From: a virus | Lineage: Duplodnaviria; Caudoviricetes | IMG/VR virus record: IMGVR_UViG_3300011113_000660 | Span: 1 to 61,689 of that record | Direction: 5' to 3' (one strand) | Length of the DNA stretch: 61,689 nucleotides | In this document: one piece after another, positions 48,065 through 57,258 of the stretch | How the letters are laid out: each line of letters starts with the position of its first letter | Numbering within the stretch: the first letter of the stretch is position 1 | Made by a program: the position numbers and the translations under genes | Notes under the pieces: model-generated | The model's input: the letters and a program-made list of their open reading frames with translations, nothing else | Database searches by the model: none | Told to the model about the DNA's origin: nothing

Positions 48065-48732
48065 AAACCTTAAAAGACTATCTCTCGGAAAGCGAACAAT
48101 GGATGAACACACCTGCAGTAGGTGACACCTTTGCCTTTGAACTGCCCGATGAAGTCTTGTGCGAAACCTACATAATTGAAGTGGCCGATGATTGTATTCT
48201 CCTGGATTCTACACCAGAAATCAATGCGGCCTTGGCTGAATGGGCCACATTAGAAGACACGGACGAAGGCGATTCAGGTGTGATACTTGAAACCATGGGA
48301 TATGGCAGCCTTGTGGGTGAAGGCGCCATGAAGCACGAAATGATGACGAATGCCAAGCGCATGAGCCTAGAACAGTTCAAAGACCGCTATGGTGACGAAG
48401 ACTGGATTGAAGAATTTTGGCGTGTGGCCACTGGTGAGACAGAGCAGTCCAACACCGACGAAGCCAAGTATCAAGGTCGCGAAGTTCCACTCAACAAGCC
48501 CATGGCCGGCGATGTAAAAAAATCAAAAGTGTATGTTCGAGATCCCAAGACCGGCAATGTAAAGAAAGTGAACTTTGGTCACGGCGGCAAAACTGCCAAA
48601 AGATTGGGCCAAAAGACCATGAAGATCAAAAAATCAAATCCGGCTCGTAGAAAGAGTTTTAGAGCAAGACACAACTGTGACAACCCAGGACCAAAAACCA
48701 AGGCGCGATATTGGTCGTGTCGTGCATGGTAA
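48061..48732 (+). CDS. Putative head internal protein: acidic N-terminal half, basic C-terminal domain
   Basis: MKTLKDYLSE start; C-terminal EAKYQGR...KVNFG...RRKSFRARHNC...ARYWSC..W. Confidence 0.65.
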   Translation: MKTLKDYLSESEQWMNTPAVGDTFAFELPDEVLCETYIIEVADDCILLDSTPEINAALAEWATLEDTDEGDSGVILETMGYGSLVGEGAMKHEMMTNAKRMSLEQFKDRYGDEDWIEEFWRVATGETEQSNTDEAKYQGREVPLNKPMAGDVKKSKVYVRDPKTGNVKKVNFGHGGKTAKRLGQKTMKIKKSNPARRKSFRARHNCDNPGPKTKARYWSCRAW

Positions 48733-48747
48733 TATAAGGAAAATAAA

Positions 48748-49038
48748 ATGCCACAAGCCAACGTAATCAGCACCGCAGCAAATGCGACATGGTACACCGA
48801 CAAAGCAGAAATCACTGCCTTGGATGGCGCAGTGACCTATCAGGTCTATGCCACGGCCCTGGGCACAGAAGCAGCAGTGGGCAACATTTGGAGCAACGCC
48901 GTGGCAGTTGGTGCCAATACCACAGTTCAAATCTATGTGGGCGCTGGCAACAAGCTCACAGTCACAGGCACATTCACAGCTGCCGAGTTAGGCACAGCAA
49001 GTTCAGCACAAGAAGGCGTCATCGGCGGAGGTGCCTGA
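48748..49038 (+). CDS. Small beta-rich structural protein
   Basis: 96 aa, AAGGA SD, Ala/Thr/Gly-rich. Confidence 0.65.
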   Translation: MPQANVISTAANATWYTDKAEITALDGAVTYQVYATALGTEAAVGNIWSNAVAVGANTTVQIYVGAGNKLTVTGTFTAAELGTASSAQEGVIGGGA

Positions 49039-49040
49039 CG

Positions 49041-49421
49041 GTGCGTGCCCGAGAATTTATTGCCGAAGGTGGTAGGGGCGGAACCAGATCCGACGTCAAT
49101 CACGAATTTGATCAAGCACATCCTGGCATAGTTGGTCCCGGTGGAAATGGCGATGTGTATTGGGGCCGCTATTATGATTTCTACCGCGTATCAAGTCTGG
49201 CCGGCATGGATCCAGATCAGATAGGCAATGTTGACGACATTGGATTCTTTGGCAATCTTCCTGTGTTCAGTGCCTACACTGAATATGATAGGAAAAAACT
49301 CAAAGCCATCATGAAAAAACTTGGCATGAAGCCACGTGACCATGTGTTGCCCGGCAGTCTTGAAGCCAATTATGTAAACACCACTAGCCCGGTCAAAGGC
49401 TTCAAAGGCTACACTCGCTAA
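49041..49421 (+). CDS. MRAREF-family protein 1
   Basis: GTG start giving (M)RAREFIAE; C-terminus EANYVNTTSPVKGFKGYTR. Confidence 0.7.
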   Translation: MRAREFIAEGGRGGTRSDVNHEFDQAHPGIVGPGGNGDVYWGRYYDFYRVSSLAGMDPDQIGNVDDIGFFGNLPVFSAYTEYDRKKLKAIMKKLGMKPRDHVLPGSLEANYVNTTSPVKGFKGYTR

Positions 49422-50300
49422 ATGTGCGTGATCGTTGCCAAATGGTTTGACGGCGTAGGCTGGGCCGGAGCCAAGAATCGCGACCGGACCTACACACCTG
49501 TGCTGGATTTCATCGAAAGCAAAGCTGGCGACATTGACCGCATGATGATGCACGATGAAGTCACTGGCTACAAAGAAGGCATCAACAGTCGCGGTGTCAG
49601 CATTCTAAACACCAGCCTTGACATAGGCAATGACGAAACTGAAGTTGAGTCTGGTAAGGTAAAAACCAGCCCTGATGGACAGATGATTGCTGAAGCCCTG
49701 ACTCTGCCCACAGCTGAAGCAGCCGCTGAATTTTTGATAAAAAATCAACTGTGTGGTTGCACCATGGTTTTTGATCAAGACGACATGATCCTGATCGAAG
49801 CCAGCAACTGGGATGGCAAAAGACCCTACAGATTCCGAGCACGAAGAATACCCAAAACCCAAACAGTGGCCAGGACCAATCACGGCGTCTGGATGCCCAC
49901 AGCTGGCATGCAACGCAGTCCAAGAGATCGGCAACGAACCCTGGACCGTATCAGCAGTGAAAGCCGTTTGTTGTTGGCCGAAGCTGTGGTAAAATCTGCA
50001 CAAAAACCTGAAGATCTAGTGGATGGCATGTGCCAAGTCTACATCAATGATCCGCAACTAAATATACTTAGGACCAGCACCAATGGCCGGAAAATGCGCA
50101 CAACCAGCCAACAACTGTGTGTGCCCCGGGAGCAAACCTTGTATTGCCGGCCCGTGAGCAGTCACATGAAGTTTGATTTTTGGAGTTTGAATCGCCCTGA
50201 CACTGGTGTCTGGGTCGAGATCATGAGCAACAGAGAACTGTGGCAAAACGTCCGTGGCGATCCACCGTTTGGTCACATGAACATGCAGGATTTAGAATGA
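49422..50300 (+). CDS. Ntn-hydrolase-like protein (N-terminal Cys nucleophile; C45/NRDE-like)
   Basis: MC start, KNRDR, EGINSRGV and RTNH. Confidence 0.6.
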   Translation: MCVIVAKWFDGVGWAGAKNRDRTYTPVLDFIESKAGDIDRMMMHDEVTGYKEGINSRGVSILNTSLDIGNDETEVESGKVKTSPDGQMIAEALTLPTAEAAAEFLIKNQLCGCTMVFDQDDMILIEASNWDGKRPYRFRARRIPKTQTVARTNHGVWMPTAGMQRSPRDRQRTLDRISSESRLLLAEAVVKSAQKPEDLVDGMCQVYINDPQLNILRTSTNGRKMRTTSQQLCVPREQTLYCRPVSSHMKFDFWSLNRPDTGVWVEIMSNRELWQNVRGDPPFGHMNMQDLE

Positions 50301-50695
50301 GAGCAAGAGAGTTTGTCGCAGAAGCACGGTTTGGCAGCGCCGCCGATGTGCCAGCCAACGCACGAAAATTGCCCAAGAGTCAACACTCAGCTCTCAAAGG
50401 CGCTATTTCTATGCCTGACATCAGCTCGAACAAACAAGGTGGTAGTCCTTACACACAATGGCGTTTTAGTATAGCCATGGCCGGAGCACCCGATTACCCC
50501 ACGCCACCTGCGGGAGCCTTTGCTGGTGATCCCTTGCTGGCCACTTACAGTGATGCTGACTTGGCAATCATCAACGCAGCCGCCAAATCAGTTGGAGCAG
50601 GCAGAGTAAACAAACTCACAGACAATCGCAGCACCGAAGCAGACTATGTGAACAAGACCAGTCCTGTTACAGGATTCCGGGGGTATGCACGATGA
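50297..50695 (+). CDS. MRAREF-family protein 2
   Basis: MRAREFVAE; RFSIAMA; C-terminus EADYVNKTSPVTGFRGYAR. Confidence 0.75.
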   Translation: MRAREFVAEARFGSAADVPANARKLPKSQHSALKGAISMPDISSNKQGGSPYTQWRFSIAMAGAPDYPTPPAGAFAGDPLLATYSDADLAIINAAAKSVGAGRVNKLTDNRSTEADYVNKTSPVTGFRGYAR

Positions 50696-51084
50696 GAGCC
50701 CGAGAGTTCATCGCAGAACAACGTGAGCTTCCGGCCGAGATCTCGGAACCTTTGCGTTATACCTACATCCTGCCCGGACTCAGTGCCGCAGATCCTTACC
50801 GCAATTATAGATTTGGTGTGGCCATGGCCCGTGCCCGAAGTGATCGCGGCACAGATCAAGATCAAGTAGATCATTTTATCCCGCCTTGGGAAGCTGAGAC
50901 AGCCTTTGGCGAACATGGAGTGATATCAGGATTTGATGCCAACGTGGATCCTGTGATCGACATGGCCTTGAAAATGACCAAAACTCCGGGCGGCAAAAAG
51001 CTAGTTTCCAGTGCTGAAAGCAAAGAACCCGCCGGCACTGACATAGTCAGTCCCATAAAGCCCTTCAAAGGATATCCTAGATAA
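50692..51084 (+). CDS. MRAREF-family protein 3
   Basis: MRAREFIAE; YRFGVAMA; C-terminus EPAGTDIVSPIKPFKGYPR. Confidence 0.75.
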   Translation: MRAREFIAEQRELPAEISEPLRYTYILPGLSAADPYRNYRFGVAMARARSDRGTDQDQVDHFIPPWEAETAFGEHGVISGFDANVDPVIDMALKMTKTPGGKKLVSSAESKEPAGTDIVSPIKPFKGYPR

Positions 51085-51383
51085 TGGCCAATCCGCCACC
51101 ACCCTATGAAGATCTCACGGGCATAAGCCGTACAGTCATGAAGGACAACGCCCAGGAAACTGTGACCAACTACAACGGCAATGCCAGACCTGCGGAAATG
51201 ACCGTGAACATCAACACCAATGAAATCTACATAGGCAATGCCACTGGTGCTCTTACCAAAGTGCTACAAGTAACAGGTGCAAATACATTCCTGGGCAATG
51301 TGCGTGTGGCAAATAGCACTGCGGGACTCAATCAGCTGTATTTTGATCCGGCCACAGGTGAAATTGTATACTACGAGCCCTGA
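51084..51383 (+). CDS. Hypothetical structural protein
   Basis: 99 aa, coupled start; Asn/Thr-rich. Confidence 0.65.
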   Translation: MANPPPPYEDLTGISRTVMKDNAQETVTNYNGNARPAEMTVNINTNEIYIGNATGALTKVLQVTGANTFLGNVRVANSTAGLNQLYFDPATGEIVYYEP

Positions 51384-51409
51384 GCTAAATACACTACGGA
51401 AACTATATT

Positions 51410-51817
51410 ATGAAAATCGCAGACATTTTACGCACACTGGCCGCTAATTTAGAACACGCACAAGGTGGCGCTCCTGATCCAAGAATACAAAATCCAGGTC
51501 AGTTGATTGATGTGGCAGTGGTAGCAGACTCTGATGAACCCAGCCCCAATGGCACCACAGCCAGTGGCAACGACAAGGCTCCAGAAAACACATTCTTGCC
51601 TCCGCTACAACAAAAACAAGAGTTACTTAAAAAAGCCGTGGGCGTGGAAAATGTGTACGATGATGGCGGTCCTGAACATCAACACGCTGAAGAACAGGCC
51701 GAACAAGATGACATGACACAAGAGCGTGATGACATTGTGGATCGTATCAAGAAATTGAGCGGTGTGCCCCGAGCTGCCATCCAAGAACTCAGCAACGACG
51801 ACGTCTTTGACGATTAA
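51410..51817 (+). CDS. Acidic hypothetical head-associated protein
   Basis: TAAATA at 51386-51391; PPLQQK.ELLKK and DRIKKLSGV. Confidence 0.65.
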   Translation: MKIADILRTLAANLEHAQGGAPDPRIQNPGQLIDVAVVADSDEPSPNGTTASGNDKAPENTFLPPLQQKQELLKKAVGVENVYDDGGPEHQHAEEQAEQDDMTQERDDIVDRIKKLSGVPRAAIQELSNDDVFDD

Positions 51818-51828
51818 GGGGCTCTGAC

Positions 51829-52860
51829 ATGAGCTTCATCCAAAATCTTTTTACCAGCCGCGACAACAACGCCAATGGCGCTTCTTACGTAGGCCAACAA
51901 GATCGCATCTGGTGGGATCCTGACACCAACGCATTCTACTACAGTGACGGCAACACCGCAGGTGGCATACCCATTGGCACAGCATCGGGCAGTGGAATAC
52001 CCATTGGCCCAATAAACTCTGTTCAACTCAATGCTGGCAGCGGCAACTTTTTAGGCACCAGCAGTTTGGTATTTTCTGGCAATGTGTTGACCGTGGGAGG
52101 GAACGTCACTGCCGACTATTTTATTGGCGACGGCGGATTCATAACCAATATCACTGGAGTCACTGTAACCAAGATTGTCAACGGCACCAGCTGGGCCAAC
52201 ATATCTGCATCAGGTGGTAATCTAACCATGGCCATTGCTGGCAACACCATTGCCAACGTTGCTGCCACAGGAACACATGTCACAGGCATTGTTTCAGCAT
52301 CTGGCAATGTCACAGGTGGCAATCTAATTGGACAAAATCTCACCGCAGGTCGCGTGGCCATTGTGGGATCAGGCAAGGAAGTCAGCGACGACGCAGAATT
52401 TACCTACAACAGCTCAACCAACATACTCAGCGTGGTCGGCAACGTTGTGGCCAATAACTTTATTGGCAATATTATTAGTGCCAACAACATCAGCAACGTG
52501 GGCAATTTGTATGTGCAAGGCAATATACAATACAATCTGGGCACCGACGACGGCGGCAATGTCACACAGCTCACAAACAAAGCCACCGCAGTGACCTGCA
52601 ACGGTAGAACTGGTCGCATCACCACCAGTGGTGCGGCCTTGACCGGCGGATCCGTTGTGACATTTGTGGTCAACAACACCTATGTGCAACAGTATGACCT
52701 GGTCATACTCAATATCAAAGATCCTGTGCGGGCCAATACCTATGTGGCCGCAGTGGCCGGAGTGGGCACCAGCAGCTTCAACATACAGATTCAAAACGTT
52801 GACAACAACAGCCACAGCGATGCCATCATCTTGAGCTTTGCTGTAATACAGGTTCGATAG
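51829..52860 (+). CDS. Fibre/appendage-like structural protein
   Basis: SDGNTAGG, SVQ.N and GNVTGGN repeats like the fibre cluster. Confidence 0.7.
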   Translation: MSFIQNLFTSRDNNANGASYVGQQDRIWWDPDTNAFYYSDGNTAGGIPIGTASGSGIPIGPINSVQLNAGSGNFLGTSSLVFSGNVLTVGGNVTADYFIGDGGFITNITGVTVTKIVNGTSWANISASGGNLTMAIAGNTIANVAATGTHVTGIVSASGNVTGGNLIGQNLTAGRVAIVGSGKEVSDDAEFTYNSSTNILSVVGNVVANNFIGNIISANNISNVGNLYVQGNIQYNLGTDDGGNVTQLTNKATAVTCNGRTGRITTSGAALTGGSVVTFVVNNTYVQQYDLVILNIKDPVRANTYVAAVAGVGTSSFNIQIQNVDNNSHSDAIILSFAVIQVR

Positions 52861-52871
52861 CAACAACAAAA

Positions 52872-53585
52872 ATGAAAAAACTATTATTAGCATTACTGTT
52901 TGCGCCTTTACTTGCTGTAGCTCAGATCAATACTCAATGCCCACAGTTCACAGTCAACGGCACACCCGAGTATCAAGCACAGCCAGGTGATCAGGAACTG
53001 TGCCGTAAAAACTATGCTGTGATCCACCGTTGCAGTGTCAAGGCTCCTGTGGCTGTGTTTGAACACCTGACTCCAGCAGGCATGAACGGTCCTGCTAAAC
53101 GCAGAGACGATTTCCGACCAGATCCTGCTGTGGTCGAGCAATGCCGTGCCAGCCTAGCAGACTATGCCACAGTGGGTCGAACACACGATCGTGGACACAT
53201 GAGTCCAGCCGCAAACAACAGCCAGAGCGATCAGATCATGAGTGAAAGTTTCTTTCTAAGCAACATGCTGGCACAGGTGGCCAACAACAACCGTGGAGCA
53301 TGGCGCTTGTTGGAAGTGGCTGTGCGCCAATGGGCCAGCCAGCCCGGCACAGACTTCTATGTGATTTCGGGCGGCATATTTGATACTGGACATCCGGTCA
53401 CAGGCAACGGTCTGGGTATACCCACCCGACTTTACAAGATTGTTGTTGAACGCAACAGCCGCCAGGTGCAAGCCTACCTGTTTCCTAATGCACCAATCAG
53501 TCCAGCCACGTCGTGGCCACAGTATCAGACCACTATGACTGAAATTGAGCGTGCGACTGGTATCCGATTCAATTTAGGACAATGA
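52872..53585 (+). CDS. Secreted DNA/RNA non-specific endonuclease (NucA/EndoG family)
   Basis: Signal peptide MKKLLLALLFAPLLAVA; DRGHMSPA, SFFLSN, N.G.W..LE and IPT..YK. Confidence 0.92.
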   Translation: MKKLLLALLFAPLLAVAQINTQCPQFTVNGTPEYQAQPGDQELCRKNYAVIHRCSVKAPVAVFEHLTPAGMNGPAKRRDDFRPDPAVVEQCRASLADYATVGRTHDRGHMSPAANNSQSDQIMSESFFLSNMLAQVANNNRGAWRLLEVAVRQWASQPGTDFYVISGGIFDTGHPVTGNGLGIPTRLYKIVVERNSRQVQAYLFPNAPISPATSWPQYQTTMTEIERATGIRFNLGQ

Positions 53586-53776
53586 GATTCACAGAATTCG
53601 GCAAAGGCATATACAGCCCTTCCAAGCTCAAACCTCTCGCAGGCAGTAACATATCAAAGACAGGCACGTATGTGGCCCGTTTCCAACGTAAAAAACACAT
53701 TGAACCTGGCACCGAATCATGGTTTCGGCTATGGTTTGCAAAACCTGGCCTTACCGGTGAAAACCCCTATAAGTAA
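53582..53776 (+). CDS. Small basic protein
   Basis: MRFTEF start; I.PGT.SWFRLWF..P.LTGE. Confidence 0.6.
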   Translation: MRFTEFGKGIYSPSKLKPLAGSNISKTGTYVARFQRKKHIEPGTESWFRLWFAKPGLTGENPYK

Positions 53777-53779
53777 GGC

Positions 53780-55345
53780 ATGAGCCAAGACGCCTCCACC
53801 CTGGTCAAGTCACCGTATAAAAAACAACATTGGACTGACCAACAGCTAGAAGAATTTATGAAATGTGCTGATCCTGTGTCAGGACCACAGTATTTTTTAG
53901 ACAACTTTTTCTACATACAGCATCCGGTACGAGGTAAAATGCTGTACCATCCGTTTGATTATCAAAAACGCCTGATAGACACCTATCACAACTACAGATA
54001 TAGTATTTCCATGATGCCCAGGCAGACCGGCAAGAGTACCAGTGCCGCGGGCTATCTGTTGTGGATGGCCATGTTCCGTCCAGACTCAACCATCTTGATC
54101 GCCGCCCACAAATACACCGGCTCACAGGAAATCATGCAACGCATACGCTATGCCTATGAATTGTGTCCAGATCATATCAGAGCAGGTGTGACCAGTTACA
54201 ACAAAGGCAACTTGGACTTTGAAAACGGCAGCCGCATAGTGTCAACCACCACAACAGAAAACACCGGTCGTGGTATGAGTATAACCTTGCTGTACTGTGA
54301 CGAGTTTGCATTTGTGCGACCCACCATAGCCCGAGAGTTTTGGACTTCTATAAGCCCTACCTTGGCCACTGGTGGTAAGGCCATTATTACTAGCACACCA
54401 AATTCAGATGAAGATCAGTTTGCCTTGCTGTGGAAAGGTGCCAACAAATGCGAAGATGCCTACGGCAATCCCACTGAACTGGGCATCAACGGATTCAGGG
54501 CCTATCGCAGTTACTGGAACGAACATCCTGACAGAGATGAAACCTGGGCCGCTGAACAACGGGCACAACTAGGTGATGATCGCTTCCGCCGAGAGATGGG
54601 ATGCGAATTCATAATAAATGATGAAACCTTGATAGCTCCGGCCAAGCTGATAGATCTACAAGGGCACGAACCCTTGTACAAAACTGGCCAGGTACGTTGG
54701 TATCAACGACCCAAGAAAGATCGCATCTATGTGATAGCCCTGGATCCTAGTTTAGGTACCGGCGGAGATCCCTCAGCCATACAAGTATTTGAAGCTACCA
54801 CCACTGAGCAAGTGGCCGAATGGCGTCACAACCGCACCACCATACCTGAACAGATACGCATCCTAGCTGACATAGTCAACCACCTACACGAAACTGTGCA
54901 GGATCCACAACACATCTATTTCAGCATAGAAAACAACACCATTGGCGAAGCTGCCTTGATCAGCATAGCCGAATACGGCGAAGAAAACATCAAAGGCTAT
55001 TTCCTCAGCGAACCCGGTGGAGGCGGAAGCCGCAGATATCGCAAAGGCTTCAACACCACCAACAAGCCCAAGCTGGCAGCCTGCAACAAGCTCAAAATCC
55101 TGATTGAAACTGGCCGCATGAAGATACGCAGTGCTGCCCTGGTCAGCGAACTCAAAACATTTGTGGCACACGGTGTGGGCTATGCGGCCAAACCCGGAGA
55201 AACCGACGATTTGGTCATGAGCACCATCTTGGCCGTGCGCATGATGCAGTTGCTACAGACTTTCCATGCAGAAATGGACCAGCAAATGCGTGATCACGGC
55301 GACAATATCGAGCCACCCATGCCCTTCATCAGCACGCGATATTAA
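53780..55345 (+). CDS. 17: Terminase large subunit (T4 gp17)
   Basis: PRQTGKS Walker A, LYCDEFAF Walker B, ITSTPN, nuclease LDPS.G.G.D and DDLVM; TATAAGTA at 53768-53775. Confidence 0.97.
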   Translation: MSQDASTLVKSPYKKQHWTDQQLEEFMKCADPVSGPQYFLDNFFYIQHPVRGKMLYHPFDYQKRLIDTYHNYRYSISMMPRQTGKSTSAAGYLLWMAMFRPDSTILIAAHKYTGSQEIMQRIRYAYELCPDHIRAGVTSYNKGNLDFENGSRIVSTTTTENTGRGMSITLLYCDEFAFVRPTIAREFWTSISPTLATGGKAIITSTPNSDEDQFALLWKGANKCEDAYGNPTELGINGFRAYRSYWNEHPDRDETWAAEQRAQLGDDRFRREMGCEFIINDETLIAPAKLIDLQGHEPLYKTGQVRWYQRPKKDRIYVIALDPSLGTGGDPSAIQVFEATTTEQVAEWRHNRTTIPEQIRILADIVNHLHETVQDPQHIYFSIENNTIGEAALISIAEYGEENIKGYFLSEPGGGGSRRYRKGFNTTNKPKLAACNKLKILIETGRMKIRSAALVSELKTFVAHGVGYAAKPGETDDLVMSTILAVRMMQLLQTFHAEMDQQMRDHGDNIEPPMPFISTRY

Positions 55346-55359
55346 CTAAATACTAGACC

Positions 55360-57159
55360 ATGGCAGATATCACACCCGCCCACAAACTGTTTGACCTCTT
55401 GGTCAGTAGAGATTTTGACCCAGAAATGCTGGATGCCACTGGCCGTCCTGCAGAAAATCCCAGCGAAACAGAAATATTCAGCTTTGATTTCCGTGCCGAA
55501 AGCGGCCGAGATTACGGCACAGTTGTGATCATGCTGGGCGATGACAATGAATTGGAAGTCTACTGCTCCGACAACGTGGGCCGCAGCATGGAAGGTGACG
55601 ACAAAAATGACTGGTTTGAATTCTTGGCCCAGCTCAAAAACTTCGCCACCCGTAACTTCATGAGCTTTGGCATCAAGAATTTGAACCGCTTGCGCTACAG
55701 CATGCAGGGCCAGGCCGGCATCAAAGAAAGTGTATTTGAGGCATGGGCTGGCAAGCGAGACATCAGCTGGAATGCTGGAGCCACAGAAAGCCGACTCATG
55801 ATCAAACACAAACGGGTCATGGGCGAAGGCGAAGCCCGATTCCGTTGCATAGAAAGCCTGTTTATTGAAACAGCCGAAGGCGAACGTTACAAGTTGCCAT
55901 TCCGCAATCTCACAGCCGGCAAGGCCATGCTGGAGCATGTGCGCAACGGTGGACGACCCTATGACGACCGTGGACAACACATTGCCGAAATGGTCACAGA
56001 ATTAAATGTGCTCAGCAGATTCCGCAGGGCCAACACAGGTAAACTATTGGAAGGCGACACTGCTGTCTTGGTCGAGAAGACCACAGCTTACCATGAAACA
56101 CTGCGACACAACCTAAAGAGCTTGGCCACACGTCGAGGCTACAGCCAGTACTTTGAAAACTGGAATCCCACTGCTCTCACCGAAGAGTCCGTAGTGGTTG
56201 ATGGACTCAAACATTTATTTGTAACACAAAGCATTGATCAACGCATTGAAGATGCCTTGCCTTTGATCGCTAGAATTCAACAACAGGAAAACGACATGAA
56301 AGAAGCCAACATATTTGAAACCTGGGCCAACCGGCTCATGGAAGGAACCTGGCAAACCCCAGACACACCAGAAAAGCAAGCCAAGCTGGTTGAACTGCTG
56401 AGCAAGGACTTGCCGGTGGGTGCCGATGCCACCAATGCCACAGAACAACTGTATGACTTGCTAGGCGATGATGAATTGTTTGATCAACTGCAAGAGTTGG
56501 CCGATCGCGATGCCAACGCAGATGCTAGACAAGTGGTTTTGAATCGCATGCAAGAATTGGATCAAGATCCAGACGTAATGAAAGTTATTACCAGCTTGAA
56601 CATTGACGCCACAGCAGAGATGAATCCGGCCGAGCAGACACCAGCTGATCTCGACTCCCAAGAAGACAAAGTTGAAGAAATGCTGGGTGGTGATGCCAGT
56701 GATGAATTTATACAAGACATCAGCATCAAAGAACCCCGAGATGAAATGGAAGAAGCTGTCAAAGATCCTGTGGATCAGACCGAAGATCCAGAAGGTACCA
56801 CGCAACCAGCCTATCCTGAATATGCCCAAGACCTGAGCAACATCTTGAAACACGCAGGGGTACCTGCCCAACCACGACCAGCACCAGACTATGAACTAGA
56901 AGTGGCCGAAACAGCCAATCCGGGTGTGACACCGGCCGACATCGACGGTGTGCCCACAGAAGAACTGGATGAAGCCAGCCGTTGCAACATGAGCGAAGCT
57001 GGCGAAAGTTGCCCAGTGCATGGACTCAAAGAGTGTGGCATGTACGAAGCCTCGGCCCTGGCAGGACAGTATGGACACAGTGGCAGAATGAAACCGGTGG
57101 CCCAAGACACTGGATTCTTGGATCGTCTCAAAGAACTCAGTGGTATGATCCGCAACTAA
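55360..57159 (+). CDS. Large late protein with acidic, modular C-terminus (probably head-associated)
   Basis: TAAATA at 55347-55352; many [LIVM]-x-E sites; CNM..AGE.CPVHG..EC; ends LDRLKELSGM. Confidence 0.65.
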   Translation: MADITPAHKLFDLLVSRDFDPEMLDATGRPAENPSETEIFSFDFRAESGRDYGTVVIMLGDDNELEVYCSDNVGRSMEGDDKNDWFEFLAQLKNFATRNFMSFGIKNLNRLRYSMQGQAGIKESVFEAWAGKRDISWNAGATESRLMIKHKRVMGEGEARFRCIESLFIETAEGERYKLPFRNLTAGKAMLEHVRNGGRPYDDRGQHIAEMVTELNVLSRFRRANTGKLLEGDTAVLVEKTTAYHETLRHNLKSLATRRGYSQYFENWNPTALTEESVVVDGLKHLFVTQSIDQRIEDALPLIARIQQQENDMKEANIFETWANRLMEGTWQTPDTPEKQAKLVELLSKDLPVGADATNATEQLYDLLGDDELFDQLQELADRDANADARQVVLNRMQELDQDPDVMKVITSLNIDATAEMNPAEQTPADLDSQEDKVEEMLGGDASDEFIQDISIKEPRDEMEEAVKDPVDQTEDPEGTTQPAYPEYAQDLSNILKHAGVPAQPRPAPDYELEVAETANPGVTPADIDGVPTEELDEASRCNMSEAGESCPVHGLKECGMYEASALAGQYGHSGRMKPVAQDTGFLDRLKELSGMIRN

Positions 57160-57258
57160 ATTTGTAATCTGAACAACCGCGTCATAAATACACTTGCGAA
57201 AAACAGTAGAGCGTGTAATAATACATGCTCTACACAGGCAACAAAGATAGGCAACTGA

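Noticed and set aside
48789-49040. N-terminal extension of ORF 48789-49421
   Set aside because: It overlaps the 96-aa gene in another frame; paralogs indicate a GTG start at 49041.
53780-55345. Intein or intron in terminase, portal, capsid or uvsX
   Set aside because: Lengths are ordinary and motifs are contiguous; no splice-junction motifs seen.
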